Below, in pieces: positions 1-15,247 of a stretch of DNA of 64,000 nt. Source of the DNA: Eledone cirrhosa. Lineage: Eukaryota. The position numbers were made by a program, and so were the translations under genes. Where the stretch lies: positions 7,998,001 through 8,062,000 of the forward strand of contig OZ024757.1 of the NCBI GenBank assembly GCA_964016885.1, in the 5' to 3' direction. The stretch's first letter is position 1. Each line of letters starts with the position of its first letter. Below the pieces are notes generated by a model. It was not told the DNA's origin. It made no database searches and saw only the letters and a list, made by a program, of their open reading frames with translations.

Positions 1-2338
<2,338 letters not shown>

Positions 2339-2691
2339 TGAGAATACAAATATATATCAGTGTAATATCTATGGTAAATCATTCTCTTTCAATGCTACAT
2401 TAACTTCACACAAACATATACAGGTGGGAAGCCATATCACTTTGATATGTTTGGAAAATATATCTTTTAATGCAGCAATTTAACTAAATATATGCATAGA
2501 TGAGGGAAAACATCATCATCATCATCATCATTTTACGTCTGCTTTTCCCTGCTTGCAAGGGTGGGATGAGTCCTATTCAACACAGCATCTCTCCACTTGT
2601 CACGGTCCTTTGTGATCTACACCGTGAGCTTAAGAGGTCTGCCCTTACCACCTCAGCCCATGTAAATCATTTTCTAATTTTGGTGTCACTA

Positions 2692-3065
2692 AACACTAAC
2701 ATACAGGAGAGGAACCATATCACTGTGATGTCTGTGGTAAATCCTTCTCTATATGTTGTGGCTTCCCTACACACTAACATACAGGAGAGGAACCATATCA
2801 CTGTGATGTCTGTAGTAAATCCTTCTCTAAATGTTGTGGCTTCCCTACACACTAACATACAGGAGAGGAACTATATCACCTTGATGTCTGTGCTAAATAA
2901 TTCTCTATATGTTGTGGCGTCCCTACACACTAACATATACAGGAGAGGAACTATATCACCTTGATGTCTGTGATAAATCATTCTCTATATGTTGTGGCTT
3001 CACTACACAGTAACACATACAAGAGAGGAACCATATCACTGTGGTGTCTGTGGTAAATAATTCTC
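2692..3065 (+). repeat. 78-bp minisatellite derived from a degenerate zinc-finger unit (about 5 units)
   Basis: Unit acactaacatacaggagaggaaccatatcactgtgatgtctgtggtaaatccttctctatatgttgtggcttccctac reads HTGEEPYHCDVCGKSFS..H* in the ZNF frame. Confidence 0.85.
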
Positions 3066-3162
3066 TTGTAAAGGTTACTTGATGCAAACACAAACACAAT
3101 CAGACAAGATAAAAACCATGTCACTCACCTAAAATAGTGCCACCAATGTTGTTAATATCTTG

Positions 3163-3168
3163 AATAAA
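3163..3168 (+). terminator. Candidate polyadenylation signal of the ZNF unit (paralogs at 4881, 21246, 42047, 58276)
   Basis: AATAAA at the same position in all five tail copies, followed by T-rich sequence. The background is AT-rich, so support is weak. Confidence 0.35.
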
Positions 3169-3536
3169 ACTGTTTTACTAAGAAATTATTCTCCTTTCAT
3201 TTCATTTGTAGAAGTTGTAACCAAGACTTGTGCTGACAAAACTGTATTGTTCAGAATTGACATACGTTATATATATGTGAATGTATGTGTGTAGAAATTT
3301 GTGTCCATGTATATATTTGTATATAAGTATGTGCATATCATCATCATCATCATTTTGTGTCTGCTTTTCCCTGCTTGCAAGGGTGGGACTGAACTGATTG
3401 TGGCTTGATTTCTACAGCTGGATGCCCTTCCTAACACCAACCTCATTTACAGTGAATGCTGGGTGCTTTTTTGCTGTGGCACCTCCACGACCACTTTGCA
3501 GTGGAATGATATGAACCCCAGTCCCTATCATCTCAT

Positions 3537-3675
3537 TTCTACAGCTGAGTAAACTGGAGCAATGTGAAATAAAGTGTCTTGCTCAAGGAAACAACACATC
3601 ACACGGTCTGAGAATTGAACTCAGAACTTTTTGATTGCAAGGCCAATGCTCTAACCACTAAGCAATGTGCCTCCA
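3537..3675 (-). mobile_element. tRNA-derived SINE (paralogs or partial copies near 4520-4592, 5240-5380, 15850-15985, 21612-21752, 22597-22718, 58645-58785, 59645-59755)
   Basis: Minus strand has A-box-like TGCTTAGTGGTTAGAGC, B-box-like GAGTTCAATTC and a ccttgagcaagacact core. Confidence 0.75.
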
Positions 3676-3726
3676 CTGTGCATATCTGTATTTGATTTGT
3701 TTATTATGTATGTGTGTATATGTACG

Positions 3727-4250
3727 TCATCTTCATCAACATCATCACTGTTTTTATGTTCGTTTTTCTATGCTTCCTTTGGTTGAACATGTCCTTCTCA
3801 ACATGTCATCTTTCAACTTGTTGTGTTCCTTTGTCATCTCCTCTGTGAGATTCAGTTATTTGAAGTCAGTTCACACAGCGTCTGTCCAGGTCTTTCTTGG
3901 TCTACCTCTACTATGGCTTCCTTCTACTGGGATGTCCTGGCACTTCTTCACCCAGCTGTCATTATCCATGTGTATCACATGTCCGTACCAATCCAGTCTT
4001 CTCTCTTACACATCTCTTAAGATCCCTCTTAAACCCAGCTTCTCCCTCAACTTGTCCACACTCTGCCTTTCTCTCGCACTTAAATGGCATATCCAATGAA
4101 GCATGGTTGCTTCATTTCTCTCCTGTCTACACTTTTTTTCTGCTGTCACAGCCCTTTTTTCACTACCATGCAGCATCATATTTTATTGGCAGGTGTTATA
4201 CAGTCATCCTCCACTGCTAATTAAGTCACAGAAGCTATCAACCACTTCAA
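3727..4250 (-). mobile_element. Degenerate RTE LINE 3' fragment (paralogs about 5432-5955, 21806-22315, 42278-42915, 58838-59355)
   Basis: Minus strand resembles the RTE C-terminus (WYGHV, GRPRKTW) and ends in a decayed (ATG)n tail. Confidence 0.75.
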
Positions 4251-4592
4251 TGTGTGTATAATTACTTGTGTATCTTTATGTGTCTGTGTATATATGTGTA
4301 TACATCTGCATAGATTTGCAGTATATGATACAGCTGGGAGAACATCTCATATTATCTGGGTCCTTCTAGCAGATCCAGCAAGTAACACATATATATATAT
4401 ATATATATGTATCATATATATATATACATATATCGTCAGTCGATCGACTTTCGTCAAATTGGACCGAAGAAAGATGTTTCCATTGGTCTTTCCAATTGCT
4501 AATACTATCTATTGGTTACAACTCCAGGTAGAAGGAGCAATGTGAAATAAAGTGTCTTGCTCAAGGACATAACACATCACCCGGTTCGAGAA

Positions 4593-6125
4593 CGATATCA
4601 CTGTGATGTCTGTGATAAATCCTTCTCTAAATGTTGTGGCTTCACTAGACACTAACATACAGGAGAGGAACCATATCACTGTGATGTCTGTGGTAAATCC
4701 TTCTCTAAATGTTGTGGCTTCACTACACACTAACACATACAAGAGAGGAACCATATCACTGTGGTGTCTGTGGTAAATAATTCACTTGTAAAGGTTACTT
4801 GATGCAACACAAACACAATCAGACAAGATAAAAACCAGTCACTCACCTAAAATAGTGCCACCAATGTTGTTAATATTTTGAATAAAGCTGTTTTACTAAG
4901 AAATTATTCTCCTTTCGTTTTATTTGTAGAAGTTGTAACCAAGACTTGTGCTGACAAAACTGTATTGTTCAGAATTGACATATGCTATATATATGTGAAT
5001 GTATGTGTGTAGAAATTTGTGTCCATGTATATGTTTGTATATTAGTATGTGCATATCATCATCATCTTCATCATTTTGCGTCAGCTTTTCCCTGCTTGCA
5101 AGGGTGGGACTGAACTGATTCTGGCTTGATTTCTACAGCTGGATGCCCTTCCTAACACCAACCTCATTTACAGAGAGTGCTGGGTGCTTTTTTGCCGTGG
5201 CACCTCCACGGCCACTTTGCAGTGGAATGATATGAATCCCTTTCTACAGCTGAGTAAACTGGAGCAATGTGAAATAATGTGTCTTGCTCAAGGAAACAAC
5301 ACATCACACGGTCTGAGAATTGAACTCACAACCTTTCGATTGCAAGGCCAATGCTCTAACCACTAAGCCATGTGCCTCCACTGTGCATATCTGTATTTGA
5401 TTTATTTATTATGTATGTGTGTACATGTACGTCATCTTCATCAACATCATCACTGTTTTTATGTCTGTTTTTCTATGCTTCCTTGGGTTGGACATGTCCT
5501 TCTCAACATGGCATCTTTCAACTTGTCGTGTTCCTTTGTCATCTCCTCTGTGAGAGTCAGTTATTTGAAGTCAGTTCACACAGCGTCTGTCCAGGTCTTT
5601 CTTGGTCTACCTCTACTATGGCTTCCTCCTACTGGGATGTCCTGGCACTTCTTCACCCAGCTGTCATTATCCATGTGTATCACATGTCCATACCAATCCA
5701 GTCTTCTCTCTTACACATCTCTTAAGTTCCCTCTTACACCCAGCTTCTTCTTGAACTTGTCCAAACTCTGCCTTTCTCTCACACTTAAATGGCACATCCA
5801 ATGAAGCATGGTTGCTTCATTTCTCTCCAGTCTACACTTTATTTCTGCTGTCACAGCCCTTGTTTCACTACCATGCAGCATCATATTTTATTGGCAGGTG
5901 TTATACAGTCATCTTCCACTGCTAATTAAGTCACAGAAGTTATCAACCACTTCAATGTGTGTATAATTACATGTGTATCTTTATGTGTCTGTATATTTAT
6001 GTGTATACATCTGCATATATTTGCAGTATATGATACAGCCAGGAGAACATCTCATATTATCTGGGTCCTTCTAGCAGATCCAGCAAGTGACAAATATATA
6101 TATATATGTATAATATATATATATA
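4593..6125 (+). repeat. About 1.5-kb second copy of a local tandem duplication (period about 1.7 kb) of the ZNF 3' tail region about 2880-4430
   Basis: Minisatellite, AATAAA, SINE and RTE fragment recur in the same order. Junction ccggttcgagaa|cgatatcactgtg. Confidence 0.85.
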
Positions 6126-6127
6126 CA

Positions 6128-7954
6128 TGTGTGCAAGAGACTAGATGGAGAGAAGAGTCTGCCAGAGTCCTGGGAGGAAAAAGTGGGTGCTACAAATTTT
6201 TCTGGGTGGGAAATGACGATGGGATGGGTGGTGTAGGTATACCACTAGCTGACAAATGGGTAGATAAAGTAATCTCAGTGTACAGGGTAAATGCAAGAAT
6301 CATTAAACAGACTAGTCCTGAATAAAACAATTACCACAATAATATCAGCTGACGCACCCCAATCGGGGCTGCCAGACGAACTTAAGGATAGGTTTTACGA
6401 GTCCCTAATGCACACTACTGCTCTAACAGACGACAATGACTTCCTAATCATCGCAGGAGATTTTAACGGACACGTAGGTAAACACTGCGACGGCTTCAAT
6501 AGAGTACATGGAGGCCATGGGGTTGGCACAAGAAATGAGGAAGGATTCAGACTTCTAGAATTCTGCGACGCCAATGACATGTCGATATGTAACACAAACT
6601 TTAAAAAACCCGACAACCACCTGATCACCTATAGATCAGGGGAGCACTCCAGTCAGATAGATTTTATCCTCATCAGAGGACGTGACAGATGGACGGTCGT
6701 AAACACAAAAGCCTTCCCTAGTGAGGAACGTACATCCCAACATAGCTTAGTTGTCAGCGACCTCACGGCCAGAACTAGTCGAACCTGGAAACAGGCCAAA
6801 CTGGAGAAGAAAGATCTGGAAGCTGAAAGTCCCCTCAACCAGTAACAGATTTAAAGATATTTTACTCAATGCCTACGACAGTACAGAAGAACAGATAGAG
6901 ACATTCAATATAGAAGAGAACTGGGAGTTCCTAAAAAATAATTTACTAGAGGCGACGGATGAGGTCTGTGGCTGGAGTAAGACCTCAAGCAGGAGGAGAG
7001 TGACTTGGTGGTGGAACAATAAGGTAGATGAAGCAGTTAAGGCCAAGAGACAGGCATGGGAAGAATGGGGGGAGCAGGGTACATTACATAGAGACCAAGA
7101 GGGAATCTAGGGGACAAGTATACTTAGCTAGGAGGGAAGCAGAGGATAGAAAATTCAAGCATGTTTTGCAACGTGAGGGCCAGAAACAGGAGGTATTCAA
7201 GATTGCGAGGCAGTGTGTCAGAGATAGTTGTGATGTCATTGGAGAGAAGTGTATCCGGAATGATAAAGGTGAGCTTGCCCTCACAAGTGTTGAGAAGAAA
7301 GATGCATGGAAGAGTCATTATGATAGATTACTAAATGAGGAGAATGCATGGGAAGAAGAGACCCTACCCCAAGTAGACCCTATAGAGGGGCCAGCAGTAC
7401 AAGTCAGCAGCAACGTAGTAAGTAAGGCAATCAAAGATATGAAGATGGGGAAGGCAACTGGTCCATCGAGTATAGCTGCCGAGATGCTGAAGGCATCTGG
7501 GTCTGTAGGTCACACTATAACCACACGTATTGTTAACCAGGTAATACTAGGTGTCATACCAAAAGATTGGTGCAGTAGCATCATTGTCAACTGCTACAAA
7601 AGTAAAGGCGATGCACTAGATAGAGGAAACTATAGAGGTATAAAGTTGATGGACCAGATCATGAAAGTAACAGAAAGAGTTATAGCACAGTTGATTAGGG
7701 ACCGGGTGAAAATAGACAAGATGCAATTTGGGTTTGTACCAGGAAGAGGCACCACTGATGCCCTCTTCCTTGTGAGGCAGTTACAGGAAAAGTACCTAGC
7801 TAAAAGTAAGCCACTCTACTTGGCATTTGTCGACCTTGAGAAAGCCTTTGACAGAGTTCGACGTGCTGTAATCTGGTAGGCTCTTAGAAAACTAGGAGTA
7901 GATGAATGGCTTGTGAAAGCCATGTTTTGGGGAGCAGTCAGCAAAGTTAGGATT
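6128..7954 (+). mobile_element. RTE-clade LINE 5' part: AP endonuclease and RT N-terminus, frameshifted
   Basis: CVQETRW, AGDFNGHVG, QIDFIL, NYRGIKL, QFGFVPGRGTTDA and AFVDLEKAFDRV motifs. Near-identical to the reverse complement of about 23780-25617. Confidence 0.92.
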
Positions 7955-8081
7955 ATCCTAATGCGGTCCCTAGGGCATTGAAAATTTGAAAAACACTCAC
8001 AGGACTATAAATATTACATGTGTAAATTTGAAAACAATCAGTTGGTTGGTTCTTGAGTTTTAGACATTCTCTATTTTAGAT

Positions 8082-8610
8082 ATCATCATCACCGTTTTAC
8101 GTCGATTCTGCCACACTAGCATGGGTTAGACGGGTTGTTCTGTTCTGGGCAGTGTCTGGTCGGCTGACCATTCCTTGCACATAAAGGAACTGATTTGGCT
8201 TGATTTCTAGAGCTGGATGCCCTCCTAACACCAACCTCATTTACAGAGAGTGCTGGGTGCTTTTTAGCCGTGGCACCTCCACGAACACTTTTCAGTGGGG
8301 AGTGAGGGGGCATATTGTCTATATGCTTCAGCTTGTACCCATGGGAGGTCGGGTACTCTGTATTACTGCGTGACACCAGAGGTCATGGTCATGTGTCATC
8401 GTCTTTGAAAGGTGTAATTGGGTAAGGTTGGCTTTTATCTCCTCATCCCAGGTCATCTTGGGTCTCCCCACTCCGCGGCTTCCATCGACTTCTAGTGCTC
8501 TGCACCTTTTTATGCAGCTGTCATCCTTCATACGCATCACATGTCCATACCAACGCAACCGCCTCTCCTGCACACAGCATTTGATTCCTCTTATGCTCAG
8601 TCTCTCTCTC
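8082..8610 (-). mobile_element. RTE LINE 3' end with 3' UTR and (ATG)n tail
   Basis: ERRLRWYGHVMRM..GRPKMTW. Truncated at ctctctctc next to (TA)n. Confidence 0.88.
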
Positions 8611-8700
8611 AGATATATATATTATATTATATATATATATATGTTATATATATTATATGATATATATATATTATGTATATATATATGTTATATATATATA

Positions 8701-8923
8701 TCAACCCACACTATAAAGTGGACATGTAGGCACCACGGAAGAAAAGTAGCCAGCTCTCAGTGTAAATAAGGTTGGTGTTAGGAAGGGCATCCATCTGTAG
8801 AAATCAAGCCAAAATCAGTTCCCATATGAGCAAGACAAGGTCAGCCAACCGGACACTGCCCACAACAGGACAACCCGTCTAACCCATGCTAACATAGAAG
8901 AACGGACGTAAAACAGTGATGAT
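8701..8923 (+). mobile_element. Short RTE 3' UTR/tail fragment (paralogs 25785-26008, 60363-60590)
   Basis: gttggtgttaggaagggcatcc..aacccatgct..ggacgtaaaacagtgatgat matches the RTE tails in this window. Confidence 0.7.
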
Positions 8924-8941
8924 TATATATATATATATATA

Positions 8942-10421
8942 TCATATCATCATTTTACGTTCGCTTTTCCCTGCTTGCAAGGGTGCGACGGGTCTTATTC
9001 AGCACAGCATCTCTCCACTCGTCACGGTCCTTCGTCATCTCCATAGTGAGCTTCAATGATCTGAGGTCTGTTTTCACCACCTCCGCCCATCTTTTTCGTG
9101 GTCTACCTCTACCACGTCTTCCTTCAACTGGCATTTCCTGGCACTTCTTCACCCATCAGTCATCCTCCATGCGCTTCACATGTCCATACCACCTCAGTCT
9201 CCTCTCCCGTACACTACATTCTATCCCTCTCAGACAAAGTTTCTCTCTCAACACATTTATGCTGGGTTGTTCAAGCACATATACACTGCACATCCAACGG
9301 AGCATGCTTGACTCATTTCTCTTCTGCCGTCGCATATCCTCTGCAGTTGCTGCCATGTCTCACTACCATGCAGCATCGCGCTCCTCACACAGGCATCATA
9401 CAACCGGCCTTTCATACGCAGGGAGAAAACCTTCTTCAGCAGAGGAAGCAGCTCCCTAAACTTCTTCCAACCCATCCTTATTCTAGATACTATGGCCTCG
9501 GAACACACTCCTCCCATGCTAATCTGATCTCCTAGGTACCGGAGGCTATCCACCACTTCTATAGAACCCAACTGTATTTGAAAAATGTGTCTATCACTAC
9601 GATTACTACTGCCAACTTTCCCTGTACATCTACTGCATACATATTTCTCCCTAACTGTTAGTTTACCTGCTATCCCACTACATCTCTTGTGTACCCAGGA
9701 TCTGCATTGTGTGCATTTTATAGAATTTATGCCAGTTCCTTTTCTGCATATCGAACATGGCCATTTCCCTGACGGAATGAGAGTTTTGTCCTGTTTTCTA
9801 CTCATCAACATTTTGTCTTAGCTAGGTTCACCCTCAGTCCTCTTGCTTCCAACTGCTGTTTCCATAGCCAGAATTTATTCTCTAGCTCCTCTACTGATTC
9901 TGCTATAAGAACCAGATCGTCAGCATAGAGAAGTTCCCATGGACAGCCAGCCTTAAACTCCTCTGTTATGGCTTGGAGGACTATAATGAACAAGAGCAGG
10001 CTGAGGACCAAACCTTGATGTACTCCTACTTGTATCTGGAATTCCTCACTAAACTCCATTCCTACCCTGACTTTACTGACAGCACCTCTGTACATAGTTT
10101 GCACTGTCCTTACAAGCCATTCCTCAACACCTAGTTTCCTTAGGGACCACCAGATGTCAGATCGGGGCACCCTATCAAAAGGCCTTCTCTAGGTCAACAA
10201 AGGCTAAGTATAGTGACTTATTCTTCTCTAAGAACCTCTCTTGCAATTGTCTCACCAAGAAGAGGGCATCTGTTGTTCTCTTCCCAGGCACAAAACCAAA
10301 CTGCATTTCATCTAGTTTGACCCTTTCTCTAATTAGTTGTGCTAATATCCTTTCTGCCACTTCATAACCCGATCCATCAGTTTCATACCCCTATAATTGT
10401 TCCTCTCCAGAGCATCCCCTT
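8942..10421 (-). mobile_element. 5'-truncated RTE LINE (RT, PHD-like finger, C-terminus)
   Basis: GVHQG, LLYADDLVL, WPCSICRKG..CTQC..WVHKRC..CSRC and RRLRWYGHV. Several frameshifts. Confidence 0.92.
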
Positions 10422-10568
10422 TTTATATATACACACACATATATATATATATATGTATATATGTGTGTGTATATATATATAGTGAAAAATTGAACGGGAA
10501 CAAAACAGAGAGGCAGTATGAACAAAGTATATATATATTATATATCATATATTATATATGTATACATA

Positions 10569-11679
10569 CAGGGTGCGGACGATAATTATTCGCAAGATAA
10601 CTGTCTAGGAAAAAATAACAATAGTTTTGTTTTTTAAGATTTATTTATCAAACTTTGGTCAGTTTGTCTTCATGACTTGTTCTTTCAATCTCACTCGATA
10701 ACCCTGCCATTGGCTTTGATGACAGCCTCGAAACCGGCTAAAGGCCTTCGTCACTGTCCCCTGTTATTATCCTTTCTGCCACTTTCATAACACGATCCAT
10801 CAGTTTTAAACCCCTATAATTGCTCCTCTCCAGAGCATCCCCTTTTTATATGTGCACACATATATATATATATTATATTATATATCATATATTATATATG
10901 TATACATACAGAGTGCGGACGATAATTATTCGCAAGATTACTGTCTAGGAAAAAATAACAATAGTTTTGTTTTTTAAGATTTATTTATCAAACTTGGGTC
11001 AGTTTGTCTTAGGCCCTTAAAGGAACTTGTGATCCTGGCCTTCAGATCGTCTTTCGTATTGCAGCTGGATCTGTTGGTGTCTCATTCCACTGTGCGTCAC
11101 ACAAAGAAGTCGAGAGGATTGCAGTCAGGTAAGCTGGGAGGGCAGATGTCAGGGGAGGTGAGGTCGATGAAGTTCTCTGACAGCCAGGCTTGGACCTTTT
11201 GGCTGGTATGGCAGGGCGCTGAGTCTTGCAGCCACACGTATGCCCTACCTGGTTAATCCAGGGCTTTACTACCTCGCTCAGAACGCGAATGTAGCCATCA
11301 GTGTTCAGCTTGAGACCCTCAGGGAAGCAGTCAGGTGGCATTACGTCACCTTGACTGCTGACGACACCTAAGACCAATGTTGTCGGTGGAAACTTTATCT
11401 GCATGACTCTGGGCACGTCTTTGGATGAGACAACGAGCCACCTGTTGTTCTGCGAGTTGATCTTCTGGTCTTATTTGTCCTCCCGGAGCAGATTCCAAGA
11501 AGAACTCCGTGTCTCTTTCACAAATTTGGAGGTTCAAAATTATTCATAATCAATTATTCTGAAAATAAATAATGGAAATATAGTCACTGTTTTTATGAGG
11601 ACAAGAGTGACAACGGAAGTAAAAAAAATTTGCATAAAATTAGTAGTTGAAAATTGCGACCAAATATCGTCCACACCTG
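10569..11679 (-). mobile_element. Deleted Tc1/mariner-superfamily DNA transposon (maT/DD37D-like) with one end duplicated (second TIR at 10909)
   Basis: TA-flanked imperfect TIRs cagggtgcggacgataattattcgcaa / ttgcgaccaaatatcgtccacacctg. Transposase remnants LGVVSSQGDVMPP..GLKLNTDGYIRVLSEVVKPW and QDSAPCH. Confidence 0.8.
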
Positions 11680-12549
11680 TACATATATATATCATATATA
11701 CATAAATATATATATACATATATATATATATTCATTGATGTCCTCTCTTTAAGCCTTTTTCCTGCTGATTCAATCTTATATAACGTCTTGCAGACTAAAT
11801 GGAGGGTATTGTAGTGACCTACATTCCGAGGGCTCATGGATACATTCTCTGTGCGTTGTTTGGCTCAGTTCAGCCAATCACTACCAGCGTAGGAAAATGT
11901 ATCTCGACCTCCGCCCAGAAGGAAAAATTCCTGCAGAGATTCGAAACTCTCTCTCTTGCAGTTCAACACTGTGAAGGTAAACGTCTCTTGCTTTCGTACC
12001 TCAAGCATAGACAATATGTAGCAACAGATATCACTACAGGTCTGGCTAACGCCTCAGCCAGTTGACCGTACGTCTTTAAATCTTTATAACCTTTTTATTG
12101 ATAACATTAACTATCCTCTCAAGAGACATTCTTCTAACCTTTGTAATCTGTAAATAAATTATATATAAACAATTATAAAGTCGTACGATGCTATTTTCCA
12201 CAACATTGCTTTTAACATCTTCAATGGTGACTTCCGTCATACAATACACAAATACACACATTCTCAACACAAACATCTACTAAACGTAAGAGTTTAAAGA
12301 AAGAAAAGTCTGTAATGGATAATTTCACTGCTATTTCTAGCAGTCAGAGACACTACATCGATATATAATTGATATTTTACTGAGTGATTCCTTTTCATTT
12401 ACTATCGGTTAAATACGATTGGAACTGTCTGAACGTATTAAATTATATCAGGGACTTTTAACTAATGACACCGGTAAGGGAGTTAAATCATTTCCAACGA
12501 TATCGAGTACCTGTTGCCTTCTCAATCTAATTATATCTTGTGTAACAAT

Positions 12550-12583
<34 letters not shown>

Positions 12584-12795
12584 GTTTTTTTCTCCCCGAC
12601 ATCAGTCTTACACTGTCATATCTATTCTTACTTTACAATTGTGTCTACTAGGAGTTCCATTACAATCTGTAGTAGTAAAACTACTATTTCACCAGAACAT
12701 CTGCTATCAGTCATTTATAGACAATATATATATTTTAGACCACATATCAACCTAATATATATATATTTCCTATCTAATCTGTAGCTAAAGACATA

Positions 12796-12989
12796 AAGTC
12801 AGCCTCACTACTTCATTCTGACAAGATATCAATTTATGACTAAAGATGAAGAAGATACACCAACGTTAATGTCGTGAAATAAAGCTGATAACATTGAAAC
12901 TTCTAATTTGATAACAAAGAGATTATTTCTTTGGTTGTTTAGTAACAACTAACAACACAACACATTGATTATATGTGAAGGAGGTAAGT
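12796..12989 (+). promoter_or_regulatory. Candidate non-coding first exon and splice donor for ZNF copy B (GAG|GTAAGT, intron starts 12984)
   Basis: Consensus donor inside a non-TE-like block conserved upstream of three ZNF loci. Function is inferred. Confidence 0.5.
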
Positions 12990-13380
12990 TGACAAAGATT
13001 TACTTAATGTCTATATTAATGTGTGTAAATAATATAATTATGTGAACCTTACAACGATCCAGTAATTTACCAGATTCCACTGTTACATGTGATATAAAAT
13101 ATATTGTTATCATGACTGTCTTTATTATTTAAATTACCTCCGTCTATTTAATTCTCTTGTTCACTACCTTACATTATAAAATATAGTTTATATTTAGCTG
13201 TACCATGTTATTGCTTTAAGTAAATTAAAGATATCTTTATTGTTTAAATTACCTCCGTTTATTTAATTATCTTGTTCACTACCTTACATTATATAATATA
13301 GTTTATATTTAGCTGTACCTTGTTGTTGTTTCAGGGAAGTTTTGTTCCTTTTAGTCTAAATCTATTTTGATATAATTTAC

Positions 13381-14790
13381 ATCATCATAGTTTTACGTAC
13401 GTTTTTAAGTCCTGGCATGGGTTGGATGGGTCCTTTTAAGCACAGCATCTCCCCACTCGCTTGTTCCTTCGTCATTTTCTCAGTGAGTCTCAGCAATTTG
13501 AGATCAACTCTCACCACATCTACCCTGGTCTCCCTCTAGTACGGCTTCCCTCTTCTGGTATTCCGTGGCACTTCTTTAACCAGTGATCACCATCCATGCA
13601 TATCACATATCCCTACCAAAGCAGTCTTCTCTCTTGCACACCACTTCGGTTTCCGCTGAAGTCCAAATTCTTCATCAATTTATCCAAGCTCTGCCTTCCT
13701 CTCACATTTACGTTGCACATCCAACGAAGCATAGTTGCTCAATTTCTCTCCAGCTTATGCATGTCTTCTGCAGTTACTGCCCTTGTTTCACTTCCATGCA
13801 GTATTGCACTTTACACACATCCTTGTACAGCCAACATCTTTGTACGTAGGGAGAAACTTTATTTGCCAACAGTGGAAGTAGCTCTCTAAACTTCAGTCCT
13901 ATCCTCTCTTACGAGGCACCCTCCTCTGCTGCTAATTAGGTTACCTAGATAGCGGAAGCTACCATTGTGTACAGTTTATGCCTACTTCTTTCCTACATAT
14001 GCAGTAGGGTCACTTATTCTCTAGTTCTTTTATGGATTCAGCTATAAGGACGAGATCATTCACATAGACCTTTTCTCATGAACAGCCAGTCTTAAACCCA
14101 TTGGTTATGGCCTGGAGAACTATGATGAACAGCAGTGGGTTGTGAACTGAACCATGATGAACACCTACCTGCACATTGAATTCTTCACTAAACCCCCTTC
14201 CTACTCTTGCTTTACTGACAGCTCCTCTGTACATGACTTGCACTGCTCTCAAAAGCCATTCTCCACCTAATTTTCTGAAGGACCACCAGATAATAGAGTA
14301 AGGTACTCTGTCAAAGGCCTTTTCTAGATCTATAAAAGCTAAATATTGCAGCTTAATCTTGGCTAGGAACCTCTCTTGTCGTTGTGTCACTAACAAGTTT
14401 CATCAGTAATTCCAAAGAGAATGTCAATTATATGTGTGTGTGTGTTGAACAATGAACATAAAACAAAAGTCTAAGATTGCTTCTTAATTTATTCTCTGCA
14501 TTCATCAATCTCTCATAGTAACATTTCAAGGCCTCTTTCTTTTGAGCATCAGTGGTGAAAAGTGTACCAATGTCATTTCTAACACACCTTTCCCTGTCTT
14601 GCAATGTGGAACACTTCACACCTCTGATTCTCATGTCTCAATACGTTGGCAAACTTTCTTTTTTCAGCCTCTCTCTGTGTTATGTATACCTGTCTTCTAG
14701 CTTCTCTCTTAGCTACCTGGTCCTGGTCTGACGCCCCTATTTTTCCAGTCTTTCCATGCCTGTCACTTGTCTTTAACCCTTTATCATTTA
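13381..14790 (-). mobile_element. Highly deleted RTE LINE remnants (paralogs about 33235-33865, 48250-49420)
   Basis: AFIDLEKAFDRVP, GVHHGS and AKREARRQVY motifs, plus a tail. Confidence 0.8.
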
Positions 14791-15247
14791 AACTGGCCAT
14801 ATCCAGCCAGAATTCTCTCACTTCTTTCTGTTCAAACCGGCTGTAACTCGCTGCTCATATTGATGTTAATGTATTGTCCTCAAAATAAGTAATGTCAAAG
14901 TCTCATAGATTCAATATTATGTGAGATAAAGACTTTACCATGAAAATATAATAGTAATGTAAATGCTACAGGGTTAATAGCTCTATCTACTGTGCTGTTT
15001 CACCACTAGGTCACCCTCTGTCTGGCTGGTACTTTGTTGCAGCCACAAGTCTTATAAATTATTCCAAAGAAATTGTCAATTATATATGTGTGTTTGTGGG
15101 TATTGAACATTGAAAATAAAACAAAAGTCTGAGATATGGTTCATTGTTTTACAATCGTTTCAGAGGGTTGATTGATCATGGTAAATCAATATATTGATAC
15201 GGTGTGATTGATCAGGGATTTTGAGACTAGAAATAGTTAGTGACATA

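Noticed and set aside
2500-2964. 154-aa repeat protein (also 41540..41782)
   Set aside because: Made of antisense LINE tail plus an off-frame minisatellite. The frame is not preserved in all paralogs.
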